Positions 1-9,031 of a stretch of DNA of 64,000 nucleotides are shown here, in pieces (positions within the stretch are counted from its first letter, which is position 1; every line of letters starts with the position of its first letter). Under the pieces are notes generated by a model, which was not told the origin of the DNA, searched no databases, and was given only the letters and a program-made list of their open reading frames with translations. Position numbers and translations under genes: made by a program. The stretch comes from Thermoanaerobaculia bacterium (GTDB lineage: Bacteria > Acidobacteriota > Thermoanaerobaculia > Gp7-AA8), in NCBI GenBank assembly GCA_035544675.1, contig DATKCA010000239.1, positions 7,703 through 71,702 on the forward strand. Reading direction: 5' to 3'.

Positions 1-61
1 GGCGAAAGAGCCGGAGTGGGGTTTCGACGATGCGCAGATCGATGCCGCGAAGACGGTCAAT

Positions 62-778
62 GTGCCGGTGCCGGCATCGATTCCGGCGCTTGCAGCACCC
101 ATTCCTTCCAGGCCGAAAGCGCCGCCAGGCATGGCGGCGCCCCACACGCTCTCGCAGACAGGGACGAGGCGGCCGGCGCCTCCTCCGCCGAAGAGGTCGC
201 GCTTCGGCCTGCTCCTCGCGCTGATGGTTGTCTTCATCCTGGCGGGAGTCGCCTACGGCGCATTCCTCTGGTGGAACGGGCAGAAGGCGGTTCCGCCGAT
301 CGCGTCAGGCCCCGAGCCGGTTCCCACGACGACGGTTGCGCAGGCTCCCGTTCCGGTCGTGACGGAAGGCTCGACGACGATCGCCCCGACCGAGCTGGTG
401 CCGGCCACCGCAACGGCGGCGTCCCCGCCGGCGCCGCCGCCCACGGTGGTCACTCCGACCGGCGCCGAAGGAACCGTGGCATCGCCTGCGGGCGATCTCC
501 GTGTGCGCTACGACGCCATGGCCCGGGAGTTCGCCCAGAACCCGATCGGCAACTTCGCGGTGCAGTTCGCGATCATGTGCGAGCCTTCCAGTCTCACCAA
601 TGCCATTCGGGGAGGCGGGGCGAAGGTGTGGTTCGTGCCGATCTCGTTGCGCGGCCGCTCGTGCTACCGCGTTTTCTGGGGACGATACGAGAGCCGCGAA
701 GCGGCGGCCGCCGCCATGGGCGAGATCCCGGCCAACCTGCGTGGCGCGGCGTCTGCTGTCGTTCCGGTACCGCGATGA
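62..778 (+). CDS. SPOR-domain (peptidoglycan-binding) membrane protein; may extend 5' beyond the window start
   Basis: The C-terminus matches the SPOR repeat (FAVQFAIMCEPSSLTNAIRGGGAKVWFVPISLRGRSCYRVFWGRYESREAAAAAMGEIP) and there is a single TM segment (LLLALMVVFILAGVAYGAFLWW). The reading frame has no stop back to nt 2, so the start is uncertain. The N-terminal region contains a family-C palindromic element translated in-frame (PPGMAAPHT). Confidence 0.6.
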   Translation: MPVPASIPALAAPIPSRPKAPPGMAAPHTLSQTGTRRPAPPPPKRSRFGLLLALMVVFILAGVAYGAFLWWNGQKAVPPIASGPEPVPTTTVAQAPVPVVTEGSTTIAPTELVPATATAASPPAPPPTVVTPTGAEGTVASPAGDLRVRYDAMAREFAQNPIGNFAVQFAIMCEPSSLTNAIRGGGAKVWFVPISLRGRSCYRVFWGRYESREAAAAAMGEIPANLRGAASAVVPVPR

Positions 779-1332
779 CCTCTCTGCTCACCGCAGTGGG
801 ACTCGGGCTCGGCGCCGGCGTCAACGCCTACGCGACGATGCTCGTGTTCGGCCTGCTGAGCCGATGGAGGCCGGGCATGTTCGAGGGCGAGCTGGCGGAG
901 TTCTTCTCGTCGACTCCGGTGCTGATCGCCGTCGGCGTCCTCTACGTGGTCGAATTCCTCGCAGACAAGTTCCCCGCGATCGATCATGCCTGGGATGCCA
1001 TCCACACGTTCGTCCGTCCTGCGGCGGGAGCGCTGGTGGGGTGGGCCGCGGCATCCAATGAAATGCCGCAGGGGATGGTCATGCTGGCCAGCGCGGTGGC
1101 GGGGGGAGCGGCGCTGACGACGCACGCCGCGAAAGCGTCGCTGCGCGTGGCCAGCACAGCCACGACCGCCGGTGCGGCCAATCCGATGCTCTCGCTCCTG
1201 GAGGACGTCTTCGCGTTCGCGAATGCGATCCTGGCGATCCTTCTTCCGTGGATCGTGCTGGTGTCGATCGCCTTCATCGCCGTGGTCTTTGTGGGCCTCT
1301 CCCGGCGGTACAGAAAGCGCGACGCTTTATGA
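775..1332 (+). CDS. DUF4126-like polytopic membrane protein
   Basis: ATG at 775 overlaps the stop of the upstream gene (ATGA). The product is hydrophobic and glycine/alanine-rich (MTSLLTAVGLGLGAGVNAYATMLVFGLL...). The 5' part of the 16..1332 ORF overlaps the SPOR gene in another frame and is treated as artefact. Confidence 0.55.
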   Translation: MTSLLTAVGLGLGAGVNAYATMLVFGLLSRWRPGMFEGELAEFFSSTPVLIAVGVLYVVEFLADKFPAIDHAWDAIHTFVRPAAGALVGWAAASNEMPQGMVMLASAVAGGAALTTHAAKASLRVASTATTAGAANPMLSLLEDVFAFANAILAILLPWIVLVSIAFIAVVFVGLSRRYRKRDAL

Positions 1333-1429
1333 TGTCGGCGTGCCGACAATCTTTGTAAGTTCTATAAATGGCAGCAATTTACATTTACTAATTTTCGAGA
1401 ATGTCTTCCCCAGGCAGGCTGTTATCCTC

Positions 1430-1797
1430 GAATGTGTGGAGCGGATCGGAGGATCGCCGCATCGCAAGGTGTGGAGGAAAGTCCGAACTCCTACGGGCAG
1501 CAGGCTGGATAACGTCCAGGCGCGGCGACGCGACGGAAAGTGCAACAGAAAGATACCGCCGGGCAACCGGTAAGGGTGAAATGGTGCGGTAAGAGCGCAC
1601 CGCGGCTCGCGTGAGCGAGACGGCATGGCAAACCCCCTGCGGAGCAAGACCAAATAGGGAAGCAGTGGAACCGCCCGTTTCCGATGAAAGCTTCCGGGTA
1701 GGTTGCTCGACCCTCACGGTGACGTGAAGGGCAGATGAATGATTCTCACCCTCGCGGGAACAGAATTCGGCTTACAGATCCGCTCCACACTTTTTAC
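1430..1797 (+). ncRNA. rnpB: RNase P RNA (bacterial type A)
   Basis: Conserved motifs are present: GGAGGAAAGTCCG, AGGGTGAAATGGTGCGGTAAGAGCGCACC and ACAGAATTCGGCTTACAG. A P1 helix forms between GTGTGGAGCGGATC (about 1434-1447) and GATCCGCTCCACAC (about 1782-1795). An AT-rich promoter-like region lies at 1355-1425. Confidence 0.85.
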
Positions 1798-1831
1798 TTT
1801 TCGCGGGGCGCCTCACGGCTCCGCACTGAGC

Positions 1832-2030
1832 GGTAACCGGTCCGGTAACCGGTCCGGTAACCGGAAACCGGAAACCGGAAACCGGAGAATGATCGCATTT
1901 GCGTCACGGTCAGCGACTTTCTCTCCCCGACAAACGGATCGCGTGGCGTGATGGTTGCCGGTGACCGAGGAGCTGATCGCGTGGACCTCCGGTTACCGGT
2001 TTCCGGTTACCGGCCCGTCACCGGTTACCC
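1832..2030. repeat. Inverted arrays of GGTAACC/GGAAACC heptamers flanking a spacer of about 100 nt (REP/MITE-like palindrome) immediately 3' of rnpB
   Basis: Left arm is (GGTAACCGGTCC)x2-GGTAACC-(GGAAACC)x3 and the right arm is CCGGTTACCGGTTTCCGGTTACCGG...CCGGTTACCC. The same heptamer family recurs at 26575-26655, 33335-33510, 41880-41930 and 46480-46525. Confidence 0.8.
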
Positions 2031-2125
2031 AAAAACGTCACCACGCAGCGCGTAATTTGACACCTTCCGCGCACGCTCCTCTCGCGCAGCTCGCGGCATA
2101 CCGCATGCGTTAGCATGGCCCGCCC

Positions 2126-3040
2126 ATGCTTCGCCGCCCGCGACCCATCACGCGCTCGAGCCGCGTCGCCGTCCTCGCGCTCTCGTCCCCTTCGGAGCTG
2201 CCGCGCATCCATGAGGCGGTGCGGCATCTGAAGTCACAGGGGCTCACCGTCTCGCTGGCCGGCAACATCGATCATCATCACCGCGGCTACCTCGCCGGGA
2301 GCGACAGCCTCCGCGTCGGAGAGCTCAACCGTTGGTTGAGGTCCGACGAGCACGAGGCGTTCTTCTTCACCCGCGGCGGCTACGGGGCGATGCGCATCCT
2401 CGACGACGTCGACTATGACGCCATCCGCCGCAACCCGCGGCCGATCATCGGCTTCAGCGATGTCACCGCACTTCATCAGGCCGTGGCCCTGCGCGCGGGG
2501 GTGGCCACGTTCCACGGACCGATGCTGAATCTCGACTTCTACGAGACGCTCTCTCCGGACAAAGACCGCTGGTTCTGGTCCCTTCTGGGCGGCGACGCGC
2601 CGATGACGTGGCGCTTCAGCGATCGCGACGTCCTGGTGCCCGGCGACTGCGTTGGAGCTCTGTTCGGCGGATGCCTCTCCATCACCACCGCGCTCACCGC
2701 AACCCCCTACGACTTCTGGATCGACGGCGGCATCTGGTTCTGGGAAGACATCGATGAGCGCGTCTATCGCATCGACCGTATGTTGACCCACCTGAGGCTG
2801 TCTGGCAGAATCCAGAAGATCCGAGGTGTGGTCATAGGAACGTTGAAAGGGTGTGGGAGCGAGGAGGAACAGACCGCGCTTCTGCACGAGTTTTTTGCCC
2901 CCTACGGGATCCCGGTCGTGCGCAATTTCCCCTTCGGTCACCACGGCGACAATCTGCTGATGCCGATCGGTGCACCGGTTCGTCTCAGCACCAGCGACAA
3001 TACGTTCACGATCACCGCTCCTGTCGTCGAGCGCTCATGA
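2126..3040 (+). CDS. ldcA: LD-carboxypeptidase (muramoyltetrapeptide carboxypeptidase, peptidase S66)
   Basis: S66 family hallmarks are present, including the GFSDVTALH serine motif and the C-terminal HGDN..PIG motif. Confidence 0.8.
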   Translation: MLRRPRPITRSSRVAVLALSSPSELPRIHEAVRHLKSQGLTVSLAGNIDHHHRGYLAGSDSLRVGELNRWLRSDEHEAFFFTRGGYGAMRILDDVDYDAIRRNPRPIIGFSDVTALHQAVALRAGVATFHGPMLNLDFYETLSPDKDRWFWSLLGGDAPMTWRFSDRDVLVPGDCVGALFGGCLSITTALTATPYDFWIDGGIWFWEDIDERVYRIDRMLTHLRLSGRIQKIRGVVIGTLKGCGSEEEQTALLHEFFAPYGIPVVRNFPFGHHGDNLLMPIGAPVRLSTSDNTFTITAPVVERS

Positions 3041-3837
3041 AGGACCGTTCTCCAGTGAAGGCCGTCTTCAAGACGACGGGCGGGAAGGATCCGGTGAAAG
3101 ACTCGTCCTCCAGTTACAGCGCCGGTGACATCATCTTCGCCCAGGGCGATCTGGGCACCGACATGTTCATCATCCAGGACGGCGAGGTCGACATCATCAA
3201 GCACATCAGCGGTGAGTCGCACCACCTCTCCCACCTCGAGCGCGGCGACTTCTTCGGCGAGATGGCCCTGCTCGAGAACGTGCCACGCACCGCCGACGCC
3301 ATCGCCAAGACCGACGTCAAGGTCCTCATCATCAACGGCTCGCGCTTCGACGAGATGCTGCGCAAGAACCCCGAGATCGCCGTCCGCATCATCCGCAAGT
3401 ACTCCAAGCGCCTGCGCGAGGCCAACTCGCTGCTGGAGCGTCTGGTCGGCCGCGAGGTCGACTCCGACGAGGTGGCCCTCGACTCCACCGTGGTCAAGCC
3501 GACCGAGAAAGCGACGCGCCACCGCCTCGTCGATCTCGCCACCGGCACCGCCTTCTTCTTCAGCACCGCCGACGAGACCACCATCGGACGCGCCGACCCG
3601 GTCACCGGCATCCTTCCCGACATCGATCTCACCGCTGTAGACACGAATCGATCGGTGTCCCGCCGTCACGCCAAGATCATCAAGTCGGGAGACGAGTACC
3701 ACGTCCTGGAAGAAGTCGGCACCGTCAACGGCACCTATGTGAACGACCAGCGCATCCCCACCGGCGTCCCCGTCACGATGCACAACGGCGACATGGTGAA
3801 GATCGGGCTGATCGCCATGAAGGCGGTGTTTGACTGA
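3037..3837 (+). CDS. Cyclic-nucleotide-binding domain + FHA domain signalling protein
   Basis: ATG at 3037 overlaps the ldcA stop (ATGA). The N-terminal half has a cNMP-binding fold (GDLGTDMFIIQDGEVDI...GDFFGEMALL). The C-terminal half has an FHA domain (TTIGR...SRRHAKII...VLEEVGTVNGTYVNDQRI). Confidence 0.75.
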   Translation: MKDRSPVKAVFKTTGGKDPVKDSSSSYSAGDIIFAQGDLGTDMFIIQDGEVDIIKHISGESHHLSHLERGDFFGEMALLENVPRTADAIAKTDVKVLIINGSRFDEMLRKNPEIAVRIIRKYSKRLREANSLLERLVGREVDSDEVALDSTVVKPTEKATRHRLVDLATGTAFFFSTADETTIGRADPVTGILPDIDLTAVDTNRSVSRRHAKIIKSGDEYHVLEEVGTVNGTYVNDQRIPTGVPVTMHNGDMVKIGLIAMKAVFD

Positions 3838-3899
3838 GCGATGAACGGCCCGAAACCGTTTGGCGCATCGGGCTCTTCGCGGCATCACCTCTTCACCGG

Positions 3900-4117
3900 G
3901 TTTGAAGGATGAAGGATGAAGGATGAAGGATGAAGGCCGGGTTTGAAGGATGAAGGATGAAGGATGAACGCTGGATTGCACTCGTCCCTTCATGTTTCAC
4001 GTTTCATCCTTCCAATCCGCCCCGTTTCATCGTTCATCGTTCCGCGCTCATCGTTCCGGGTAAGCGCCGACTGCGAACGTGCATTCATCCTTCATCCTTC
4101 ATCCTTCAAACCCGGTG
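3900..4117. repeat. Long palindrome built from AAGGATG heptamer arrays (arms about 3929-3962 and 4083-4116), with a spacer carrying secondary TCATCGT-type repeats
   Basis: CCGGGTTTGAAGGATGAAGGATGAAGGATGAA pairs with TTCATCCTTCATCCTTCATCCTTCAAACCCGG. The element lies in the unusually long (about 430 nt) ldcA-operon/recG intergenic region. Confidence 0.8.
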
Positions 4118-4267
4118 AAGCGTGATGTGCCGCGATCAGGACGAACCCACACCGGTTTCGCGCCGTTCATCGTTCCGGATCATGTTGACCTGAGTGATGC
4201 CGCGATGGTCGAGCGGTTTCGGGGCCGCTCCTCGATCTACCACCTGTAGATCCAGCAGAATAGGGTC

Positions 4268-6334
4268 GTGCCCCTTTCTCCCTCCACCCCCGTCCAGTTC
4301 CTGAAAGGTGTGGGTGCCGGCCGCGCCACGGTGCTGCAGAATGCCGGCCTCGAGACCGTTCGCGATCTGCTCTTCTTCTTTCCCTACCGGTACGAGGACC
4401 GCCGGCATCCTGCACGGGTCGCCGATCTGGGGCGGAGCATCGACCATCCCGTTCTCCTTCACGGGCGCGTGGTCTCGTCGGGAACGAAGGTGTCGCCGGT
4501 CAAGCGGCTGAAGATCTTCGAGGCCATGTTCGACGACGGCAGCGGCACCGTGATGCTCGTGTTCTTCAACCAGCCGTATCTGAGCGATCAGATTCATCGC
4601 GGCGACAGGCTGGCGGTCTACGGTGTGCCGCGGATCTCGCAGTACGGCCGGGTGCAGATCGAGAACCCCGACTGGGAGAAAGTCGAGGACGACGAGGAGG
4701 GGCAGGGGGCGATCGTCCCGATCTACTCGAAGATGGGCAACATCCCCGCCAAGGCGGCGCGGAAGATCATCGCCCAGGCCGTTGACGCCGCGGCTTCCAT
4801 CGAGGATCCGATGCCGGCCGCCATCCGCTCGCGCCTCCGCGTCATCGGTCTCTCCGAAGCGCTGACGGCGATTCACCGGCCCGCCGAGCTGACGCCGGCG
4901 TTTCTCGGCCTGCGTACGCCGGCGCATCTGCGCATCATTCTCCAGGAGTTCTTCACCTTCCAGCTCGCGCTGCGCGTGCGCCGCGCCACCGACGAGGTGA
5001 GACGGAAGAGCCGGACCATCGTCATCGACGACGCGCTGCGAGAGGCGGTGCGTCAGGTCCTGCCGTTCAAGCTGACAGGTGCACAGAAACGTGTGCTACG
5101 AGAGATCGCCGCCGACCTCCAGGACAGCCGGCCGATGTACCGGCTGCTGCAGGGCGACGTCGGCAGCGGAAAGACGATCGTGGCCCTGATCTCCGCGCTG
5201 ATCATGATCCGCAACGGACATCAGGTGGCCCTGCTGGCGCCGACGGAGATCCTGGTGGAGCAGCACTTCCAGCGCATTCGTCAACTACTTGACCGATCCG
5301 CCGTCGTGGCCAGGGCCACCGGCTCGATGACCGCCGGCGAGCGCCGCACGTTGCTGGCCGGCCTGCGCGAGGGCGTGATCCAGCTGGCCATCGGAACTCA
5401 TGCCCTTCTCGAAGACCGCGTCCGATTCAAGTCCCTCGGCCTGGCCATCGTGGACGAGCAGCACCGGTTCGGCGTCGAACAGCGCCAGCGCCTCTTTGCC
5501 AAAGGCGACACACCCGACATCCTGGTGATGACGGCCACCCCGATCCCCCGCTCGCTCGCTCTGGCCATGTATGGCGACCTCGAGCTGTCCGTCATCGACG
5601 AGCTGCCTCCAGGACGCCAGAGGACCAAGACCGCCGTGCGAACGTCCGCCGAGGTGGAGCGCGTGTACTCGTTCATCGACAGTGAGATCGGTGATGGTGC
5701 GCAGGCGTACGTCGTCTATCCGATCATCGAGGAGTCGGAGAAGCTCAACCTCAAGCCGCTGTCGGAAGGGTTCGAAGTGATGCAGCGGCGTTTTCCGAAC
5801 CGCCGCGTGGCCATGATGCACGGCCGGATGTCCTCCGCCGAGAAGGACGAGGTGATGTCGCGGTTCAAGCTCGGGGAGATCGACCTTCTCGTGGCCACGA
5901 CGGTGATCGAGGTGGGGATCGACGTCCCGAACGCGTCGATCATGCTGATCGTCGATGCCGGCCGGTTCGGCCTCTCCCAACTCCATCAGCTCCGCGGCCG
6001 CGTCGGAAGAGGGGAGCGAAAGTCGTACTGCATCCTGCTGCGGGAGAAGAGGGCCGCGGTCGAAGCGGAGCAGCGGCTGGACCTGTTCGCGGCGACGCGG
6101 GACGGATTCGAGGTCGCCGAGCGCGACCTCGAGATCCGCGGCCCGGGCGAGTTTCTGGGCACGCGCCAGTCGGGCGCTCTGCGATTCCGTTTCGGGGACA
6201 TCCTTCGCGATCACGATCTCATGGAGAAGGCGCGCGACGCCGCCATCGAGGTCGTCGAGAAGGAAGGGGTCGAGCGCGCAGACCAGATCGCCCGGCTGCT
6301 GCTGGGAGTGGCGGTGGCGGCGGGCCGCGATTAG
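4268..6334 (+). CDS. recG: ATP-dependent DNA helicase RecG
   Basis: N-terminal wedge domain (FLKGVG...LLFFFPYRYEDR), DEQH helicase box (LAIVDEQHRFGV), QLHQLRGRVGRG motif; 688 aa. Confidence 0.9.
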   Translation: MPLSPSTPVQFLKGVGAGRATVLQNAGLETVRDLLFFFPYRYEDRRHPARVADLGRSIDHPVLLHGRVVSSGTKVSPVKRLKIFEAMFDDGSGTVMLVFFNQPYLSDQIHRGDRLAVYGVPRISQYGRVQIENPDWEKVEDDEEGQGAIVPIYSKMGNIPAKAARKIIAQAVDAAASIEDPMPAAIRSRLRVIGLSEALTAIHRPAELTPAFLGLRTPAHLRIILQEFFTFQLALRVRRATDEVRRKSRTIVIDDALREAVRQVLPFKLTGAQKRVLREIAADLQDSRPMYRLLQGDVGSGKTIVALISALIMIRNGHQVALLAPTEILVEQHFQRIRQLLDRSAVVARATGSMTAGERRTLLAGLREGVIQLAIGTHALLEDRVRFKSLGLAIVDEQHRFGVEQRQRLFAKGDTPDILVMTATPIPRSLALAMYGDLELSVIDELPPGRQRTKTAVRTSAEVERVYSFIDSEIGDGAQAYVVYPIIEESEKLNLKPLSEGFEVMQRRFPNRRVAMMHGRMSSAEKDEVMSRFKLGEIDLLVATTVIEVGIDVPNASIMLIVDAGRFGLSQLHQLRGRVGRGERKSYCILLREKRAAVEAEQRLDLFAATRDGFEVAERDLEIRGPGEFLGTRQSGALRFRFGDILRDHDLMEKARDAAIEVVEKEGVERADQIARLLLGVAVAAGRD

Positions 6335-6343
6335 TTCATTACG

Positions 6344-6440
6344 GGATGGAGCGCGGGTGTCCTCACCCGCGCCCCGGGTAGTCCTTAGTCCTTAGTCCTT
6401 AGTCCTTAGTCCTACCCCGGGGGCGGCGGGACTGTGATCT
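6344..6440. repeat. Composite palindromic element: a family-B hairpin (ATGGAGCGCGGGTGTCCTCACCCGCGC) followed by a hairpin whose loop is (CCTTAGT)x5
   Basis: Seen directly in the sequence: GCGCGGGTG-TCCTCA-CCCGCGC stem-loop, then CCCGGGTA-(GTCCTTA)n-TACCCCGGG. Confidence 0.75.
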
Positions 6441-6483
6441 ATGATCTATACTGCCGCGTTCATTTTGATCCGATGAGTCGCAC

Positions 6484-7491
6484 TTGAACCAACAGCCCCA
6501 GTTCGTTCTCAGCGGCCTCCGCCCAACCGGCCGCGTCCACCTCGGCAATTACTTCGGAGCAATTCGAAACTGGGTCCGTCTGCAGGACACCTACAGCGGC
6601 TTCTACTTCATCGCCGACTGGCACGCGCTCACCTCGGACTACGCCGACCCCTCCAGGGTGCGCCAGGCGGCGTTCGACGCGGCCGCGGACCTGATCGCAG
6701 CGGGGATCGATCCGAAGAGATCGACCGTATGGGTCCAGTCCGAGGTGAAGGAGCATGCCGAGCTGCACCTTTTGCTCTCGATGGTGGTTCCTCTGCCGTG
6801 GCTGGAGCGCGTGCCGACGTTCAAGGACCAGCAGGAGCAGTTGCAGGACAAAGACCTCAATACGTACGGCTTCCTCGGATATCCGCTCCTGCAGACCGCG
6901 GACATCATTCTGTACCGCGCGAACTGGGTGCCGGTGGGCGAGGACCAGGCCTCGCACCTGGAGCTGTCGCGCGAGATCGTGCGGCGCTTCAACAACTTCT
7001 ACGGTCCGGTGTTTCCGGAGCCGCAGCCGCTTTTCACGGAGACGCCGAAGGTGCCCGGGCTGGATGGGCGCAAGATGTCGAAGTCTTACGGCAACACGAT
7101 CGGCCTCACCGCCAGCGCGGACGAGATCGCCGCGCTGGTCTCGACCATGTTCACCGATCCGAACCGCATCCGGCGGAAAGATCCCGGCAACCCCGACATC
7201 TGCAACCTCTTCCAGTTTCACAAGCTGTTCTCGGATGGGGAGACGATCGCGCGCGTCGACCACGAGTGCCGGACGGCGCAGATCGGATGCGTCGACGACA
7301 AGAGGCTGCTCACCGAGATCATGGTCGAGAAGCTGCGGCCGATCCGGCAGCGGCGCGAAGAGATCGACCGCGATCCCGCCATCGTGTGGGACGTTCTGCG
7401 CGACGGGAACCAGCGGGCGCGGGCTCGGGCGGCCGAGACGATGACAATCGTGCGCGATGCGGTCAAGATCAGCTACCCGGAATTCCGATGA
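6484..7491 (+). CDS. trpS: Tryptophan--tRNA ligase
   Basis: Class I HIGH-like region (GRVHLGNYFGA) and the KMSKS motif; TTG start. Confidence 0.88.
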   Translation: MNQQPQFVLSGLRPTGRVHLGNYFGAIRNWVRLQDTYSGFYFIADWHALTSDYADPSRVRQAAFDAAADLIAAGIDPKRSTVWVQSEVKEHAELHLLLSMVVPLPWLERVPTFKDQQEQLQDKDLNTYGFLGYPLLQTADIILYRANWVPVGEDQASHLELSREIVRRFNNFYGPVFPEPQPLFTETPKVPGLDGRKMSKSYGNTIGLTASADEIAALVSTMFTDPNRIRRKDPGNPDICNLFQFHKLFSDGETIARVDHECRTAQIGCVDDKRLLTEIMVEKLRPIRQRREEIDRDPAIVWDVLRDGNQRARARAAETMTIVRDAVKISYPEFR

Positions 7492-8381
7492 CCGACGACA
7501 TCAAAGGTGGTGCGCCGCCGTTGCTGGCGATGGATGAGAGCGACCAGGACGCCGCCAGGAATGGCGGCGCTCCACCTGGCGGCGCCCGGCCGCAACCCGG
7601 CGCTCCGATGCCGGAGCCGGAGCTCGACGAGGCGGCATACAAGGTCACGCTGCCGTCGTTTCACGGCCCGCTCGACCTGCTCCTGCACCTGATCCGGCAC
7701 CACAGGATCGACATCTACGACATCCCCATCGTGCTCATCACCGAGCAGTACACGTCCTATCTGGACGCGATGGAGCAGCTCGACCTGGAGGTGGCGGCGG
7801 ACTACATCTACATGGCGGCGCTGCTGATCCACATCAAGTCGAAGATGCTGCTGCCGCGGGACGAGAGCGGGGAGGGGGACGAAGATCCTCGCCAGGAGCT
7901 GGTCGACCGCCTGCTCGAGTACCAGCGGTTCAAGGCGGTTGCGGAGAGCTTCGCCGAGCTCGATGTCGTCCGCATGGGAATGTGGCCGCGGCCGGTCACC
8001 CCCCGGCCAGGGATGGATGCGTCGGAGATCGACATGAGCGAGGTCTCGCTCTTCGATCTCATCGATGCGTTCCGCACCGCGTTGAATCGCTACAAGGAGG
8101 CGCACCCGCAGTCGATCGAGCTGGAGCGCCTGACCCACAAAGTCTCGGACAAGATGACCGAGCTTTACGCGACCGTCCGCGAGAAGACGCCGATCAGGCT
8201 GCAGTGGTTCCTGGAGGGGCGTGACCGCAACGAGCTGATCGCCATATTCCTGGGCATGCTGGAGCTGGTGCGCCTCGGCGGCATCTCACTGCAGCAGCGC
8301 GATAATTTCGGCGAGATCGTGATCTCGACGACGGATCAGGAGATCGATGAGGCGACCTTCGCCATGTTCGACAACAGTTGA
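7488..8381 (+). CDS. scpA: Segregation and condensation protein A (kleisin)
   Basis: Core motif FHGPLDLLLHLIRHHRIDIYDIPI. The start is either ATG 7488 (overlapping the trpS stop) or ATG 7608; the region between them contains a family-C palindromic element (ARNGGAPPGG). Confidence 0.8.
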   Translation: MTDDIKGGAPPLLAMDESDQDAARNGGAPPGGARPQPGAPMPEPELDEAAYKVTLPSFHGPLDLLLHLIRHHRIDIYDIPIVLITEQYTSYLDAMEQLDLEVAADYIYMAALLIHIKSKMLLPRDESGEGDEDPRQELVDRLLEYQRFKAVAESFAELDVVRMGMWPRPVTPRPGMDASEIDMSEVSLFDLIDAFRTALNRYKEAHPQSIELERLTHKVSDKMTELYATVREKTPIRLQWFLEGRDRNELIAIFLGMLELVRLGGISLQQRDNFGEIVISTTDQEIDEATFAMFDNS

Positions 8382-9031
8382 TGAATCCAAATGAATTACG
8401 CGCAGCACTGGAAGCCATTCTCTTCGTGAGCCACGAGCCGGTCAGCTTCGAGGAGCTTGTCGAGGCGTTCGGAGAAGAGGCCAAGGAGGCGATCGCCGCG
8501 CAGCTGGAAGAGATCAGGCGCAACCTCGACGCCAATGCCGGCGGCTTCATCCTCGAGCAGGCCGCAGGGGGATGGCGGTTTGCCACGCGCGCGGAGCACG
8601 ATGCGATTCTCAAGAAATACTTCGCCACGAAAGGGGAGAACCGCTTGTCGCTGGCCGCGCTGGAGACGCTGGCGATCATCGCTTACCGCCAGCCGGTCAC
8701 GGCACCCGAGGTGTCGGGCATCCGCGGCGTGAACACGACCGGCGTGATTCGCACGCTGCTGGAGCGGCGGATGATCCGGGTGTCGGGACGTAAGAACGTG
8801 GTGGGCAGCCCGTTTCTCTATCGGACCACGAAAGAGTTTCTCGTGCACTTCGGCCTCAACGACATCCGCGACCTGCCGCGCCTGGAGGAATTCGGCGACC
8901 TCATTGGCGAGCCGCTGGGTGAAGACGTCGTCGCGGCCATCAACGCGGCGCCCGAAATCGACGCGTCGCAGATGATGGAAGACGCTCCAGTCGAGTTAGA
9001 ATCGTCGGGCAGCGATCAGCAACGAGAGTGA
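8378..9031 (+). CDS. scpB: Segregation and condensation protein B
   Basis: ScpB winged-helix signature (LEAILFVSHEPVS...ETLAIIAYRQPVT); overlaps the scpA stop. Confidence 0.85.
   Translation: MMNPNELRAALEAILFVSHEPVSFEELVEAFGEEAKEAIAAQLEEIRRNLDANAGGFILEQAAGGWRFATRAEHDAILKKYFATKGENRLSLAALETLAIIAYRQPVTAPEVSGIRGVNTTGVIRTLLERRMIRVSGRKNVVGSPFLYRTTKEFLVHFGLNDIRDLPRLEEFGDLIGEPLGEDVVAAINAAPEIDASQMMEDAPVELESSGSDQQRE

Noticed and set aside
16-774. 5' portion of the 438-aa ORF 16..1332
   Set aside because: It overlaps the SPOR-domain gene in a different frame and has Arg/Gly-rich composition typical of high-GC off-frame translation. Only the portion from ATG 775 (DUF4126-like membrane protein) is credible.
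1739-1951. 70-aa ORF inside the spacer of the rnpB-proximal palindrome
   Set aside because: The translation is dominated by repeat-derived SGNRSGNRSGNRKPETGNR and has no RBS; an artefact of the heptamer array.
2234-3993. Large antisense ORFs such as 2234..2944(-), 2938..3993(-), 5285..6214(-), 9016..9648(-), 11718..12884(-), 25446..26426(-), 26643..27761(-), 31294..32445(-), 46691..48076(+)
   Set aside because: All lie opposite well-supported conserved genes, have Arg/Gly/Asp/His-rich composition characteristic of antisense frames in high-GC DNA, and lack starts with RBS context.
3900-4117. Possible CRISPR arrays, considered for the tandem heptamer and 24-nt repeat tracts (also 33335-33510 and 36488-36565)
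   Set aside because: Repeat units are 7 nt (or 24 nt in direct tandem) with no unique spacers between them, and they are arranged as inverted arrays forming palindromes. No cas genes are nearby. They are REP/MITE-like elements, not CRISPR.
6729-8381. 550-aa ORF spanning trpS and scpA
   Set aside because: It runs in a different frame through the trpS coding region, where TrpS motifs clearly define the real frame. Only its 3' part (from 7488 or 7608) is scpA.
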